A DNA stretch of 63,582 nt, filler included, from Octopus bimaculoides (Eukaryota), in assembly GCF_001194135.2 (NCBI RefSeq). It is 7 parts of 6 records of this genome, joined end to end, with 100 filler letters (N's around TTAATTAATTAA, not from the genome) between each part and the next. Parts side by side here need not be neighbours in the genome. Positions count along the whole stretch, not along the records: positions 1 to 22,418 come from NC_068982.1; 6 more parts are not named here. One strand, 5' to 3'. Position numbers and translations under genes: made by a program. Positions 1-13,473 of the stretch are shown in pieces. Every line of letters begins with the position of its first letter. The first letter of the stretch is position 1. The notes beneath the pieces were generated by a model. It had not been told where the DNA came from and ran no database searches. It saw only the letters and a program-made list of their open reading frames with translations.

Positions 1-581
1 CTGATTTCGAAAATGCTGGGTTTATTGGCAGACAGTTTTGGTATAAGCAGATAGCAGCGTAACCTTATTAGGCGATAAGGGCAAGTTTATCTATACTACT
101 GAACGTGAAATCAAAAGTGCAGTTGATTTGGTATGCCAAATGACAAATCATAAACCTTGTCAGCAACTGTGCTCTTGTTTAATTTTTTGACTACATCAAA
201 ACAGTAGCAACGTTCTCAGTTAGTAAGACTAAATGTTTAGATGTAGTCGAGAAATTAAAAAGAAAACCTATTTGCTCATTTAGTTTTTTTTTTTTTTTTA
301 GTTTTGTGATGTAAGACGTAAATGTACTGATTTATTATCTAAATCAAATTTATGTCGTAAAATAGTCGTAGCTAGCTTATATATGTCTGCCGTTTCCCTA
401 TAAATAAATATAGTAAAATCCTCATAATCTTCGTTCCTATTCTGTTATTGATTATCCATCTATAAACTAAAACCAAGTTGCTGACATCTTTTGCAGTCCT
501 ATGAGAATCAAATAATCGATTAGAGTAACGGAAGTTCAAATATATGGAACATGTAGAAAACTGGTGGCATCTTATAAACCC

Positions 582-988
582 AGGCGTGGCTGTGTGGTAA
601 GAAGTTTGCTTCTCAAACACATGATTCTGAGTTCAGTCTCACTGTGTGGCACCTTGGGCAAGTGTCTTCTGCTATAGCCTCGGGCCAACCAAAGCGTTGT
701 GAGTGGATTTGGTAGACGGAAACTGAAAGAAGCCCGTCGTATGTATATGTATATATTTGTATGTGTGTGTGTGTCTTTGTATCTGTGTTTGTCCCCCACC
801 ACCACTTGACAACCGGTGTCGGTGTATTTACTTCCCCGTGACTTAGCGGTTCTGCTAAAGAGGTCGATAGAATAAGTATTAGGCCTTAAAAAACCCCCAG
901 TAACTGCTGGGTTTAATTTCTTTGACTAAAACCATTCAAGGCGGTGCCCCAGCAAGGCTGCAGTAAAATGGCTGAAACAAGTAAAAGA
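582..988 (+). mobile_element. tRNA-derived SINE, family A (near full length)
   Basis: Head GGCGTGGCTGTGTGGTAAGAAG with a B-box-like GAGTTCAGTC; core CACCTTGGGCAAGTGTCTTC; internal TA/TG microsatellite; tail ending GCTGAAACAAGTAAAAG. Many other copies occur in this window. Confidence 0.85.
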
Positions 989-1143
989 TATATGTATAAT
1001 GGACAACATGTTCTGAAATAATCGGAATTCAAATTCCTTTTAATAAGATTATTATTTTTTTTTTTGATGCAAAAAATATTGCTATACTTTAAGAAACAAA
1101 TCCATCTTGCTATTCTTCTTCTCAACTCTCCTGCGTCTGGCAT

Positions 1144-1345
1144 ATTCTTTTCTACTCTAGGCACAGGGCCCGAACTTTTTTTTTGGGAGGAGGCAGTCGA
1201 TTAGATCGACCCAGTACGCAGCTGGTACTTAATTTATCGACCCCGAAAGGATGAAAGGCAAAGTCGACCTCAGCGGAATTTGAACTCAGGACGTAAAGAC
1301 AGACGAAATATCGCCAAGCATTTCGCCCGGCGTGCTAACGTTTCT
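1144..1345 (-). mobile_element. tRNA-derived SINE, family B (head clipped by the adjacent copy)
   Basis: Reverse complement matches the + strand copy at 46035-46243 (GTTCAAATTCCGCCGAGGTCGACTTTGCCTTTCATCC motif). Confidence 0.85.
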
Positions 1346-1578
1346 TATTTCTTTATTACCCACAAGGGGCTAAACAAAGAGGGGACAAACAAGGACAGAC
1401 AAAGTGATTAAGTTGATTACATCGACCCCAGTGCGTAAATGGTACTTAATTTATCGACCCCGAAAGGATGATAAGCAAAGTCGACCTCGGCAGAATTTGA
1501 ACTCAGAACGTAAAGACAGACAAAATACCACCAAGTATTTCGTCCGGTGTGCTAATGTTTCTGGCAGCTCGCCGCCTT
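1346..1578 (-). mobile_element. SINE family B, variant with a different 3' tail
   Basis: Shares the ATCGACCCCGAAAGGATG...AAGTCGACCTCGGCAGAATTTGAACTC core and the GGCGGCGAGCTGCCAGAAAC head. The tail (CCCACAAGGGGCTAAACAAAGAGGGG on +) differs. Confidence 0.8.
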
Positions 1579-1649
1579 CCTGTGTCTGGCATATTAACTA
1601 TCTGATTTAGTTCTCAACTCTTCTGTATTCTTTTTTTTTTCTTTTTTCT

Positions 1650-2061
1650 TTATTTCAGTCATTTGACTGCGGCCATGCTGGAGCACCGCCTTTAGTCGAA
1701 GAAATGACCCCAGGACTTATTCTTTGTAAGCCTAGTACTTATTCTATCGGTCTCTTTTGCCGAACCGCTAAGTTACGGGGATGTAAACACACCAACATCG
1801 GTTGTCAAGCGATGGTGGGGGGGAGACAAACACAGACACGCAAACATACATACATGCATGCATGCATACATACATGCATACATACATACATACATACATA
1901 CGACAAGCTTCTTTCAGTTTCCGTCTACCAAATCCACACACAAGGCTTTGGTCGGCCCGAGGCTATAGTAGAAGATACTTGCCCAAGGTGCCACGCAGTG
2001 GGACTGAACCCGGAGCCATATGGTTGGTAAGCAAGCTACTTACCACGCAGCCACTCCTGCC
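1650..2061 (-). mobile_element. SINE family A (full length)
   Basis: Reverse-complement match to 582-988 over head, core, microsatellite and tail. Confidence 0.88.
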
Positions 2062-2082
2062 TCTATGTCATATTGTTTCAAA

Positions 2083-2281
2083 TTGTGGCACAAGTCCAGC
2101 AATTTCGGGGAGGTGTAAATCAATTATATCGACTCCAGTGCTCAACTGGTACTCATTTTATCTAACCCGAAAGGATGAAAGGCAAAGTCGACCTCGGCGG
2201 AATTTGAACTCAGAACGTAACGACAGACGAAATACCGCATTTTGCTCGGCGTGCTAACGATTCTGTCAGCTCGCTGCCTTA
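2083..2281 (-). mobile_element. SINE family B
   Basis: Contains AAGGATGAAAGGCAAAGTCGACCTCGGCGGAATTTGAACTCAG and the head CTGTCAGCTCGCTGCC on +. Confidence 0.85.
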
Positions 2282-2548
2282 CCTCTGTGTCTGTCACATT
2301 ATCTGACTCCAGTGTTTCTCAACTCTTTTGCATGTCATATTGACTGTGTAACTCAGATACTCACAATTATCTATTTTCGTTATTACTGTGCTTTCTGTCG
2401 TTATCTTTCCATGTGTGTTGCATTTGCATGCAGTTTGTCATATACTTTGAAGTGGAAAATGGAGGGTGAACTAGAGGATGAGAAAGAAGATTAGAACAAT
2501 ACAGTGTACTATGGAAAGAAGAATGCTCAATATCATACTGAAATATAA

Positions 2549-2765
2549 GGTGGCGTGCTAGCCGAATCGTTACAGTACCGGACAAAATGCCGCGAAAAAA
2601 TTTGTCCGACATTATGTTCTGAGTTCAGATGCCGCCGGGGGTCGACTTTGTCTTTCCTTCTTTCGAGGTCGATAGAATAAGTGCTTGTTGAGCCCTGGGG
2701 TCGATGTCATCGACTAGCCTCCTCCCTCGAAACTGCTGGCTTTGTGCCAAAATTTGAAACTAGTA
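2549..2765 (+). mobile_element. SINE family B (diverged)
   Basis: GGTGGCGTGCTAGCCGAATCGTTA head; GTTCTGAGTTCAGATGCCGCCGGGG-GTCGACTTTG core. Confidence 0.8.
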
Positions 2766-2842
2766 TTATGCTGAAAGATAGAATTGAATTTGTGGCTATA
2801 AGAGGAAGGCATCAGTTAGGGATATATTTCCAGAATAAATAC

Positions 2843-3040
2843 TTCCTACTGTAGGCATAAAGGCCTGAAATTTTGATGGGAAGAGTAAGTCTATCCCAGT
2901 GCTCAACTGGTACTTATTTTATCAACCTCGAAAGGATGAAATGCAAAGTCGACCTTGGCGGAATTTGAACTCAGAACACTAAGAGCCGGAAGAAATGACG
3001 CTAAGCATTTCGTCCAGCGTGCTAACGATTCTGCTGCCCT
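2843..3040 (-). mobile_element. SINE family B
   Basis: Family B core AAGGATGAAATGCAAAGTCGACCTTGGCGGAATTTGAACTCAG. Inverted relative to 2549-2765. Confidence 0.8.
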
Positions 3041-3071
3041 TATCCTTCAAGAAATGATAAAAAATAAATCA

Positions 3072-3240
3072 CAGTTGGACGGGTCATTTAAACGGACGAT
3101 AAAGATCAAGGGATGGATTCCACGACAGAGATTGAAAAAGAGAAGCAGAGAGAAAATGATATGAAGAGATGGCATCGAGGAATACATGAAGACAATAAGG
3201 GTATACACAAGACTGGTTTGGACTGAATTGGCAACTGGCA
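3072..3240 (+). mobile_element. RTE-clade LINE, 3'-terminal ORF remnant
   Basis: Translation GWIPRQRLKKRSREKMI*RDGIEEY resembles the RTE C-terminal W.PR..KR.RGR...RWRD.I motif. Confidence 0.55.
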
Positions 3241-3244
3241 GGTG

Positions 3245-3990
3245 AATGTGCAAGATGATGTCCAGAGGTTTTCAGATTTTTTTCAGGAGAGACATTTATT
3301 AATTTCCAAGAAGCACAAAATTCTAAACTCCTTCGAAGTAGGATCCTCTTGCTTCAATGCACTTGTAGCGCTCCACCCACCCCGTGAAAGCCCCATAGAA
3401 ATCCTCCAAAGTGAAGATGTCCAGGACCCTTGTCACAGCTTCATTCATCTCCAAAACAACTGCCCCTGAGGTTCTCCTTCAGCTTGGGGAACAACCAAAA
3501 ATCACAGGGAGCAAGGTCTGGAATGTAGGGAAGACGAGGGACAGTTTTTATGCCCGTTTATGACAAGTTGTTGATTTCCAGAATGATCGACACTGAGCAC
3601 CCTGGGAACAAATTTTGCTCAAATTTTGCGCATGTTCAGATGTTCATGAATAATTCTGTGTACAGTTGCTACGTTAACTCGAAATCTATATGCGAATTTT
3701 TTGACGTCCCTCTCCCTCCCACGCTTTTCATTGTCTCTCACTTCTTCTCTACCGTCATTGAACCGCTTGTGTCAGCGAAAAATTTAATCCGTAAGCAGTC
3801 TGGAGCATTTCATTAGTTTCTGTTGTGGTTTTTGAGCCAGTTTAATACAAAATTTTATTGCATGGCGACCTTACAAAGTCCCGATTGCATTCGGCAAATT
3901 AGTCAACTGTGAGAAGCAGTGTTTACTAGGGTGTGTTCAAAGTGGTGTTACAGCCGGTTCGTTCAATCTGGAATAATGAAAGTTGGCAGG
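3245..3990 (-). mobile_element. mariner (Tc1/mariner) transposon remnant with internal deletion
   Basis: Minus-strand pieces EMLQTAYG, KRFNDGREEVRD, VHRIIHEHLNMRKI*AKFVPRVLS, then PYIPDLAPCDFWLFPKLKENLRG...KCIEARGSYFEGV* (stop about 3323). The YSPDLAP-type motif is diagnostic of mariner. Confidence 0.85.
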
Positions 3991-4534
3991 TCACCTTATT
4001 AGATATATAATAATGATATAGTAAATTACAATAATCTAGGACAGTTATAACGGCCTCTTCTTAAAAAATCTCAACACTTGGAATGCATCTCGTAGAAAAG
4101 TCTTAAAGAGAGATACGTCCAGCAGTAGACAGCTTTATAGCCTAAGAGAAAAAATTCTGCTTTAAAAACAAGCAAAACCTGCTATAAAATGTAATTTGGT
4201 CAACCATTTAAAAAAATTTTAATCCCTTTATTTAAATAATTGAGATATCAAGAAAGTACATCAATTATTACATTTTTTCACAAGCTTTTCAGTTTCGTAT
4301 TCAAATCAAACGTATAACTTATTGTGTATTTGTACAACAGACTTGAAAATGCAGCTTACAGCAAAACAATTCATCTGCGAATGTTAGATATGGTCAAAAA
4401 ACAAATTTCAGCTAATGAATATGTGTAAATGAAATATACCAAGTCTTGTACGCTTTACACTAATTAAACTTATTACGTTGGTCACTTATGCTAAAGTGTC
4501 CTTTTAAGAAGACTAAGTTCGATATTTACTTAAT

Positions 4535-4750
4535 TCTTTAACATTAAAACTGTCCATATCTAGTCTAAATATTCTGTTTTATGTTCAAACCAGCCAAATC
4601 CTCTCATACCTACCCTATAACGTCACTCTTAAAATATACAATCACTTCATCAAAATCCCGAAGCTATGAGATAATGCATGATTAATTCAAAATAGTGTGA
4701 ATAAATAAGCCTTACATTTGATAGCGTAATCTGAATTCTAACGAGTCAAG
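4535..4750 (+). mobile_element. Degenerate short interspersed repeat (MITE-like, recalled from octopus genomes)
   Basis: TATGTTCAAACCAGCC...GAGATAATGCATGATTAATTCAAA...CATTTGATAGCGTAATCTGAAT matches a repeat I recall. No second copy occurs in the window to confirm it. Confidence 0.35.
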
Positions 4751-6770
4751 GTTGCAAATTAGCTATTTCAAATATGCAAATTAAGTAAAATGCTCTTTCA
4801 AACTTTCAAATGGTTTATATTTCTTAATAAATATATTATATATTTTAACATGTTTGAATGAAAATATATCATTGCATCTGTTAATAGAAATTACATGTTT
4901 CAATAAAAGATACACAAATAGTACTGCAGTTAATAATTCCGGACCGTTTTCTTGCATTCTGCTCTTATACAGAAATTCTGAATACGTTAAAACTTCATAA
5001 TAAATGTTACAAAATTCTCAATTTCGTTTGGGAAGTTTATCTGCGATAGTTGACTTGTGTGCACAATACGGAAAATTAAGTTTTTTTTCGAGCTACAGTA
5101 ATAAATTGAAAAACAAACACTTCTAATACTTTCAAAGTTGGTCACAATTTTATGGAATACATAGTTTACGAATAGATGAAACGAGTAAATTAGTATCATC
5201 AGCCGCTTTTCAATTTTCCCCCAAATCTGTGAATGTCTCTGTGTGTGCATGCTTGTGTGTATGTGTGTGTGTATGTGTGTGTATGTGGGGTGGTGGTGAC
5301 GGTGGTGGGCGTGTGTGTCTGACGGGCTTCTTAAGATTGGTATTTTGATAGTCTGGCAAAGACAGAATGAGGACAGACAATAATTTTAGTGTCTGAAATA
5401 GTAAAAGGTCTTAGAACTTCTGTTATGCGACTACTCAATGCTGTTTCATCAAAGTACAGAATGTCACCCTAAAGAATACAAATAAATACTTAATGATAAT
5501 AAAAAAGGACGACAGATACAGTTTACCTGAAAAAGTATCCCAGATACACTATACATAAGAACAAGACAGGTTGGTTACGGTTGGAAAGCCTTTGGCAATA
5601 GGTTTTCTCAAACATAGCTGACATGGGACTAAACAACAGCCACCTCTTTAAATCATAACGTTCAAACACTTTTGAAATATTTTATGCAAAACCAAAGCCG
5701 CAGTTATTGTACAAGCATATCGATGGCAATATGTGTGATGTGGAATTAATGTAGAAACAAGCTAATTTTCCACATGATCTTTAGCGATATAGAACAGATA
5801 TAAAGTCGCCAGAATGGTTTCCGAGTCATAGACACTCTTTTCTTATTGAAGACTGCTATTTTTTATCTCTGTAAATCTGGTCTGAAGTATTTTTTAGTGT
5901 TAGTTCTGAAATGCTAAGCCTTTTAAGTGAAAAAACTATATTCCTAGACTCGATGGGTAGGCTCTTTGTTCTTGATATATATATATATCAGGCGACCAAA
6001 ACATTGTCATAATGCCGTTTACGTTCCTACAGATGTAAACGGTACAAATTTTTCAGGCATTCTTGGTAACATTTCGAGTCATTCCTGTCAGTGTTCCACT
6101 CATTAGATTTAATGGCAACTTAGATATATTAGGACTGTATGATGTCAGTAGGAGACCATGCAAGTTCCTTCTCAATCATTTCTGACATTTCCAGCAGTTA
6201 GATAAATCAAGCTCAGATTTAACAAAATAGATATGACCAAACCACAGCGTATTGGCTACTGCCTATTTAGATAAATCCCCATTAAGTTAGCGGATAGGAA
6301 TAGTGTAAGTTATCAACAATTTCATATAAGAGACTAGGTAGATTATTTGTAAACTGTACGGTCGACTTAGTTATGATGTTTATTTAGAAATGCAATTACT
6401 GGCAACTGGGCGCATCGTTTTCGGAGCAGGAAGCTTACTGTAATCTTTTAATAAAAATTACCCAAGAAAATTATGTCAGTCTTACACGTTTATAAAAGGT
6501 AACTGTGAGTCTGAAAAGGAAAGAAAGACGGTTATGTTTGCTATGAAGTTAAATATAGAAGACAATATAATAGAGTGGGAACTAGTTAGTAATTCTAGAC
6601 ATAGAAGAATTACTGACAATTGGTAGAAACAAGCATTGTGGACTGCTTCTTTGGTATTAAGAGGGGGAAAAAATTATATTCTTAGTGCTAAGGCATTTTA
6701 ACGGAGATTTGAGGAAAATTACAGTTTTTTGGGCTCAGATGGTAGAAGTGCAGCATGGCAACACAGCAAA

Positions 6771-6828
<58 letters not shown>

Positions 6829-6892
6829 CTCTCTCTCTCTCTCTCCCTCTCTCTCTCTCTCACTCTCTCTCTCTCTCTCTCCCTCTCTCTCT
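6771..6892. repeat. (CTTT)n/(CT)n microsatellite
   Basis: Directly visible. Confidence 0.95.
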
Positions 6893-9800
6893 GACATACG
6901 CGCATGATATGAAGGACCTTTTGATAAAATTTCACCTAGCTGCTCTGCAAAGTGAACATGCTGTCGTCAGTTGAATTTACAACCTATATCGTCGATTTGT
7001 TCTGGTTTTCGATAACTACATCCGAGACGAAAGAATAATCAAGGCGTATAAACTGAACGATATCCACTCCAGACTTCTCAGCAGTTTACTTTCGGCAAAG
7101 TTGATCATCGGTATTTAGTGACTTTCTCGGATGAAGTTAGTATATTATCCTGAGGTATTGGATCGTTATTTCGGAAATCAACATCTCTTGTTAGAAGACT
7201 GCAAGGAGACCAGTTGCAACAAAGCACACTTTACATATAAAAGCCTTTAACCATTGCCTGACCAAGGAATGACATTTTTAAAGTAACAACCACGACAAAC
7301 GTCAAAGCAGAAGCAAATAAGGACTAAGAGCTTTCGAATCGGATGCTGTCCTTTCCATAAAGTGTAAAAGAACAAACAAAAAACAAAAATAACCCCTCAA
7401 CCCCCAAGATAAATTAAAACTTTCCAGATTAGTAAAATATTCATGTTAGAAGTAAAGTGAAGTGGTCGGGTATTAGAACACTATTAGAACGCTGTATAAA
7501 CTCGCTGATGCTATCCGACCTTTCTAGATGTGATTCCTCATCTTGGTTTTATCTCGTCCTGGATTTCATCTACTTAGATCAAGACAGGACTCAAACAATA
7601 TAACAATACCTTCAGTTCTAACAGAAAATATTAGTTGGCATGAACCTACGTATTAAAGAGTCAAGTTGCAAGCTTATCGATTTGTTCAGGATAGTCTTTG
7701 CACTCGTCGTCTAATATTCGCCTATTTTACATACACCATCTCAATTTTCGAGAAGTTGATACCACAACTTTTACATGGTGGGCATAGGTAGATATTACGA
7801 TTATTACATTTGAAAACGTTAAATTTTTGAAGTACAGACTCCAAGACCAATACATACGAAAGCAGCAAAAACGAACATCTTTGTTGAACCAAAAAACGTG
7901 ATGTGGCCACCTATTCTGACTATCGGTAAGATACCGCTGTACAAAAGAGAGACCCGATGCTTGAAAGTGGATCGAAACCAGTTTTCTTTAAGAAAATCAC
8001 CAGTTTCTGATGGTCTATGCTGTTAAAAGTTAACAGTCGAAATATCTTGCATATTTGCTCTGGTTTGTGTATATCATATATTTCTTTCAATCCAAAAGAT
8101 TAAATTTGTTGCCATCTATACTGTATTTTTATCATCTGAAATCTCAGTGAACTTTCCAAAATATCGACTGTTTACATCGAGACGAGGCTGCTGTTTAGTA
8201 TGGCAGAGTTAAAGTCTAGTTAATTGAACAGACTCTTATGACATTTTATTTTTGTTTTTTTAATTTCTGTGGAGTGAAAAGCTAAGACGGGTCCGAGAGA
8301 GAAGAGTATCAATTCAAAAGCAGAAGAAATAAAACAAAATACTATAAAGCACTCAGCTGTTTCAGTCATTCCATTACTACTATGGTATTTGAAATATTGA
8401 AGTAAATATTGATTTGAAGTTCACCATAACTTTTATCCTCGGTCTTGAAACAAATCAAAAGTAACGTAGTTCAATTGTCACTGAAGAGTTCTTCAGTAAC
8501 AACTGAATGGCGTTGCTTTTGATATGTAACAAGACCAAAGTTTTGCAAGGATGGTTTCAAAGAAGGCATTCGAAGTTGAAAGCAATGAAAATAACTTCAG
8601 AAATCAAAAAGACACTCGAAACCATTTACACGCCCTACTTCGTATTCAAATATATTCTTCCCCACCTTCACAAAAGAAATCGATATTTAATAAGTGTTTA
8701 CTACGTCTTTTGATTTTCTTCTTTTAGTTCTAGCTTAGTTCATTGTTGTAAGCTATCAATGATACTATCCACTCTCCCTTATATTTAAAGAACTCATCAG
8801 TCGATTTTCGGCGAAACGTGTTCATAGAGCAAACTGTAGGACTCCTCAGTGAACTGTGTCTACGAAATTATGAATCATTATTTTACAATACTTATTTTTT
8901 ATATCTGTGTTTATGACAGGAGGTGTCCGGAGAGCGGCAAACTAGATTTTAAGCCACTGTAATTAGAAGTTCTCTTGTTGATATCGAAATAAGAGTGGAA
9001 ATTAACGAAAATTGTTGATTTTAATATGTACTGACGCTAACTTTCAGATCAAAATTGGTAAAAAGAAAGTAACCTGAGCAGTAGAAATGAGTTACATATA
9101 AAATGTGAGAGAATTGTGTTTTGGAAAGGGAAAAGATGCGTAGTTTGTGTGTTAGGAAGAAGTGTTGAACGGGGGTCTAGGTTGGACCGAAGTCCACGAA
9201 TGTTCATAAAGACGGGAAAGAACTGCCGAGCAGAATGATCATGAGTCATGTCTCATTTTATTTCACATTTCATTTGATGGAAGATTTTGCTTGCGCAGAG
9301 GAAAGAGAAAAGCGTTAACCAACACTTCTGATTCCTGTAAGTAATCCAGCTAGATATATACATGAGCGCGGGAATCTGTTCTTAGCGGCCCCAGTCAAGA
9401 ACTCGTGTGAATGGTGGGAATGGGAATGATACGGAGTTACACACCAGCTGAAAGAAAAAAAAACATCCGAGCCGTTATTCACGGAGCGAAACCCTCTGTT
9501 CTATTTGACGTTGGGGATCTACTGGGAGACCTTCCCCTCCTCCGACACACAATATCAGTGCATCAAGAGGACCGAATTATTCCCAGAAGCCTGGTTCAAG
9601 TGCTTGCAACAGAGTAAATTCCAGGTTAAATTTAAACAGCTATGTGCTGGAGTTACTCCTATTAAACCGTCCACTCAAGAAGGCTTATGATGTTGTATGG
9701 TTCCATCATTAGGGAGATTATCTTACTGGACTTATAAACCCTTCTACCATGTATTGATTGTTTGTAGTTTGCAGCAACCAGTTGTTTGCTGTTTTCACAT

Positions 9801-12663
9801 GTCGCTTTCACTGTTGCTATAGAAGCCAAGTTCCCATCAAACGATGCTCTGAGGTTGACTGCAAGCTTACTAAACTGCCAATAGAGTAAGTATTCAGAGC
9901 TAAATAGGAAAGAGTGAAGAAAGGAGAGCCAAATGAAAGGGTGTTAAAGAGATAGTAGAAGGGAGGATAGGAGTAAAGATAGAATTAGATAATTATAATA
10001 AATTTTAGAGAACAAAGCTATTTAGGTTACATAGGATATTTGAAACTTCATTGTCTCCATTCGTTGACTTTCTGGTTTGGATTTCAACAAGTGGTTTATC
10101 TACTGCATTTGGATTAATAAAAATTCTATCTTGAATCTATGTTTATAAGTGGCTTTTGGTTTTCCTTTTCATACCAGACTAGCAGAATATACATAGCGAA
10201 GGAAAATAAACTATGCACAAAATGTTGACTGATAGAAGTATTTAAGTTGTTTAAAGAAAAAATCTCAGTGGTGTAGCGTGGATTGTGCGGGTTGTGCGAA
10301 CCGCACTGAACAGCATCTTTATATATATATTTATGTTTGATGTATTCAGAGGTATTTTACATTTAAGAAAGGGGGTGGCCAATGTGGCTACCATATAGGG
10401 AGGATAAAATCCATGCTATTCTACTATAAGTTATAGTAGTATAACGCCATCGCCTGGAGTTGCACGTCGTCCATGACTTTCTAAAGAGCAATAACGACAC
10501 CATTGAAGCGAATTGATTTCGTTCGGTGAAAAAAAAAACAAAAAAACATTGCCTCACAGAAACTTATCGTTTGTGCCACGGTGCTAACCGCAGAAGCATT
10601 GTATATTTTAATGAATAGTTCATTAATATGCAAGTGCTATTTTCAAGTCTTCCAATGAGCTTTGTACAATGCAGATGGCTGAATGGATAGTGTACTCAAC
10701 AACTAGTCAATATGTCAACTAACTCTGAGTTATGTGGCTATAATACGAGTCCACCTAGTTCGAATAAGATATCTCAAATGGTATCATTCATAGCTATAGA
10801 GCAGCTTCAGCACAGTTCATTTTACAAGTGATTCGCTGCTTAATGATACAAAATTTATCTTACTCTAGGAAAAGAACTACCTTAGACAAACTAGCTTCGT
10901 AATCTGATAACGAGCTAACTCATCCGTTTCTTGCCAAAAGAATCGGAGATAAGCAAAGCTCCATGGATACTTATGATTCACAAAATAATTAGCTTTTAAA
11001 TGTGAGTCTGGGTCATGATAACAAAACTCATGCCGCCATTTATTTGGCCAAATTTATCTTCCTCAACAATGTGATCACAATAGGAATGAATCTAAAAGAA
11101 ATCCGAAAACTTGTCCAATTGTATTTTTTTAACAAATAAATGTGTTAGTATATGAATGAAATACTCATGAATGTGGTAGGAACAGAGATATTTAAAATAA
11201 CTGTTCAGTAAAGAGAACAGGAATCCAGTTTCAAATATTGGCAGACGATGTGAAGTAGCGGTTTGCTTCCTTCTCATAATGCGAATCTTAGCCAGTTTTA
11301 GATAGCCTATAGTAGTTATGTGGTAGTTCGACCTGTTAGAAAGAGTAGTCAAAACTTCCTCAATTTGCATCTTACCGTTAAAAACGAAAGGAAAAAAGAC
11401 ACATTGGGCAGTGTCGACTTAAATACACAAAAAGACGTGGTGGTCTCGGTTGAAACGTTTGTGATTATTAGATTTCCTGAATTAGGATTTACCTGGGAGG
11501 AAACAACGACTTCCTCTTTGAAATATGGAAAACGAATGCTACATCTAACTGTTCATTTTACTTGCTTTAGCCCTTCGCTCCTATGGAGTATTAACCGTTG
11601 ACAACTTTTTTCATCTCGACTCTGGGATGTCTTTTCTCAAAGAGAAAGCCTTTGAATTGTCATCGATGTTTTTGTAACTTCACTTCTTTCTAGGTAGGGG
11701 TGTTAGCTTTACACAAATCCCTATTTACCCGTGGAAAGAGGTGGTCCATATTAATCTGGTCTCTATCCTTTGACCTGTCCAGTATTGAAGATCCTACTAA
11801 GAGCTTGCGTTCCTCTAGATAGTTCTCAGGGTAATTAAAGCACACAAGCCACCATGATGCAATAAGGACTGAACTTCGTGGTGGAACTATTCATTTACCT
11901 TACTCTAAATTCGCTACAAGATCTAAATTCACGGTCAAAAACACAATGAAAGAGGTGGAAATAGATTCCACAGAGTTATTTGCTTTAGTTATGCCATTCT
12001 TAAGTGGTGTCCCAGCGGATGTGACATGAAACCTAGGCTCAGTTTCGATATACTTGCAACCAGCTAATTTTGAACTCCCATGTATACTTTCTCTTTCACA
12101 CACGCACGCACACGTACATACCCCGCTCTGTCATTCCATTCCTCAACTCTAGTGGTAGAACTAATTTTGACAGTACAGAGTAACTCAAAACCTTACAGCT
12201 ACATGTAGTCGATATTTAACATTTCTGATTTCAAATCTGAACTGTCAAATTAGTTCTCGTTTGTTCAGTATCAAAAAAAAAAAAAGCTCTGCAATAATTC
12301 ATTGGGACTCACGTAAGCATAGCTCTCTTCACTCACTCTCTTTCTCACAGACAAAAAGAATCCTTTGAATCTAATCAACAATAAAAGCTATCTTCATGAC
12401 AACTGTTCCTATTTTCTAACTGTTTGTGTTGCTATTTGATTTGTATAGTAAGCCAGCCATTTTGAAAGAGACGTTGAAAAGTAACAAATAAAAAGTTTCC
12501 GACAATGATTGCATTGTTCAAATAATTTGCGTTACGAAGTTTGAGACAGATTTATTTATACTTTGCCTTAAACCATGTGTTGTAGACTTGATTCGCTCTT
12601 TCTTGTTAGAAAGAGCCCTGCCTTGCTAACTTAGTACTACTTTTACCAAAAACAAAAATCTAA

Positions 12664-12664
<1 letters not shown>

Positions 12665-12703
<39 letters not shown>

Positions 12704-12803
12704 ATGTCTGTCTGTCTGTCTGTCTGCCTGCCTGCCTGCCTGCATGCCTGTCTGTCTGTCTGTCTCTTTCTGTCTATGCATACACGCGTTCACTCTCAAA
12801 TGC

Positions 12804-12834
<31 letters not shown>

Positions 12835-12845
12835 TGTATGTGTGT
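12665..12845. repeat. Compound tetranucleotide microsatellite (CTAT, CTGT, CTGC, TATG)
   Basis: Directly visible. Confidence 0.95.
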
Positions 12846-13353
12846 AATATGTATGTTATATGCATGTATGCATGTGAGGGTGCCCTAGCTATTGTCACTG
12901 CATCCTTCTACAAGAGGAACGCTCTCATGTAAAACCAGCGGCTCCAAGCGATAACTGGTCATCTTGGTTCGGCCTGATACTGGATACTAACCACAGAGAC
13001 TCAGAGACTTATACAACTCGTGTTGTACAAGCGTTTATTACTATAATCCAATGATGTACAGATATCTCCTTATGGTGACCTCATTTGTTATTCCATCAAC
13101 TAAAAGTCTTACGACGCTGGAATGGTTGCAACGTGCGCAGGCGTAACCAGCTGCAAGCGTACAGTAAGCTATAACTTTCGTCTATTGCCTATTCTTCAAA
13201 CTATGCAGATCTACAACTGAACTGAATAGCCATTTGAGAGTTCATAGACGGAGAGTCAGAAATGCCATTGACAACGTGGAAGTAGAAGAACACGACAATC
13301 GTCTGTCTGTCTGCTTGTCTGTCTGTTTGCCTGTGTGTCTATCTATATATCAG

Positions 13354-13384
<31 letters not shown>

Positions 13385-13404
13385 TTCACTCTTTCTCTCT
13401 CTCT

Positions 13405-13473
<69 letters not shown>

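Noticed and set aside
8476-8501. Small palindrome TGTCACTGAAGA-GT-TCTTCAGTAACA containing CTGAAGA
   Set aside because: No stem II/GAAA partner, so it is not a hammerhead; too short to interpret.
9411-9690. Two overlapping short ORFs in unique, relatively GC-rich sequence (WETFPSSDTQYQC...)
   Set aside because: No recognisable domain and no convincing splice acceptor.
10262-10320. CAGTGGTGTAGCGTGG, resembling a hAT-MITE terminus
   Set aside because: No matching opposite terminus or target-site duplication found.
11092-11601. Opposing ORFs of about 92 aa
   Set aside because: No homology recognised and alternative start codons; compatible with chance.
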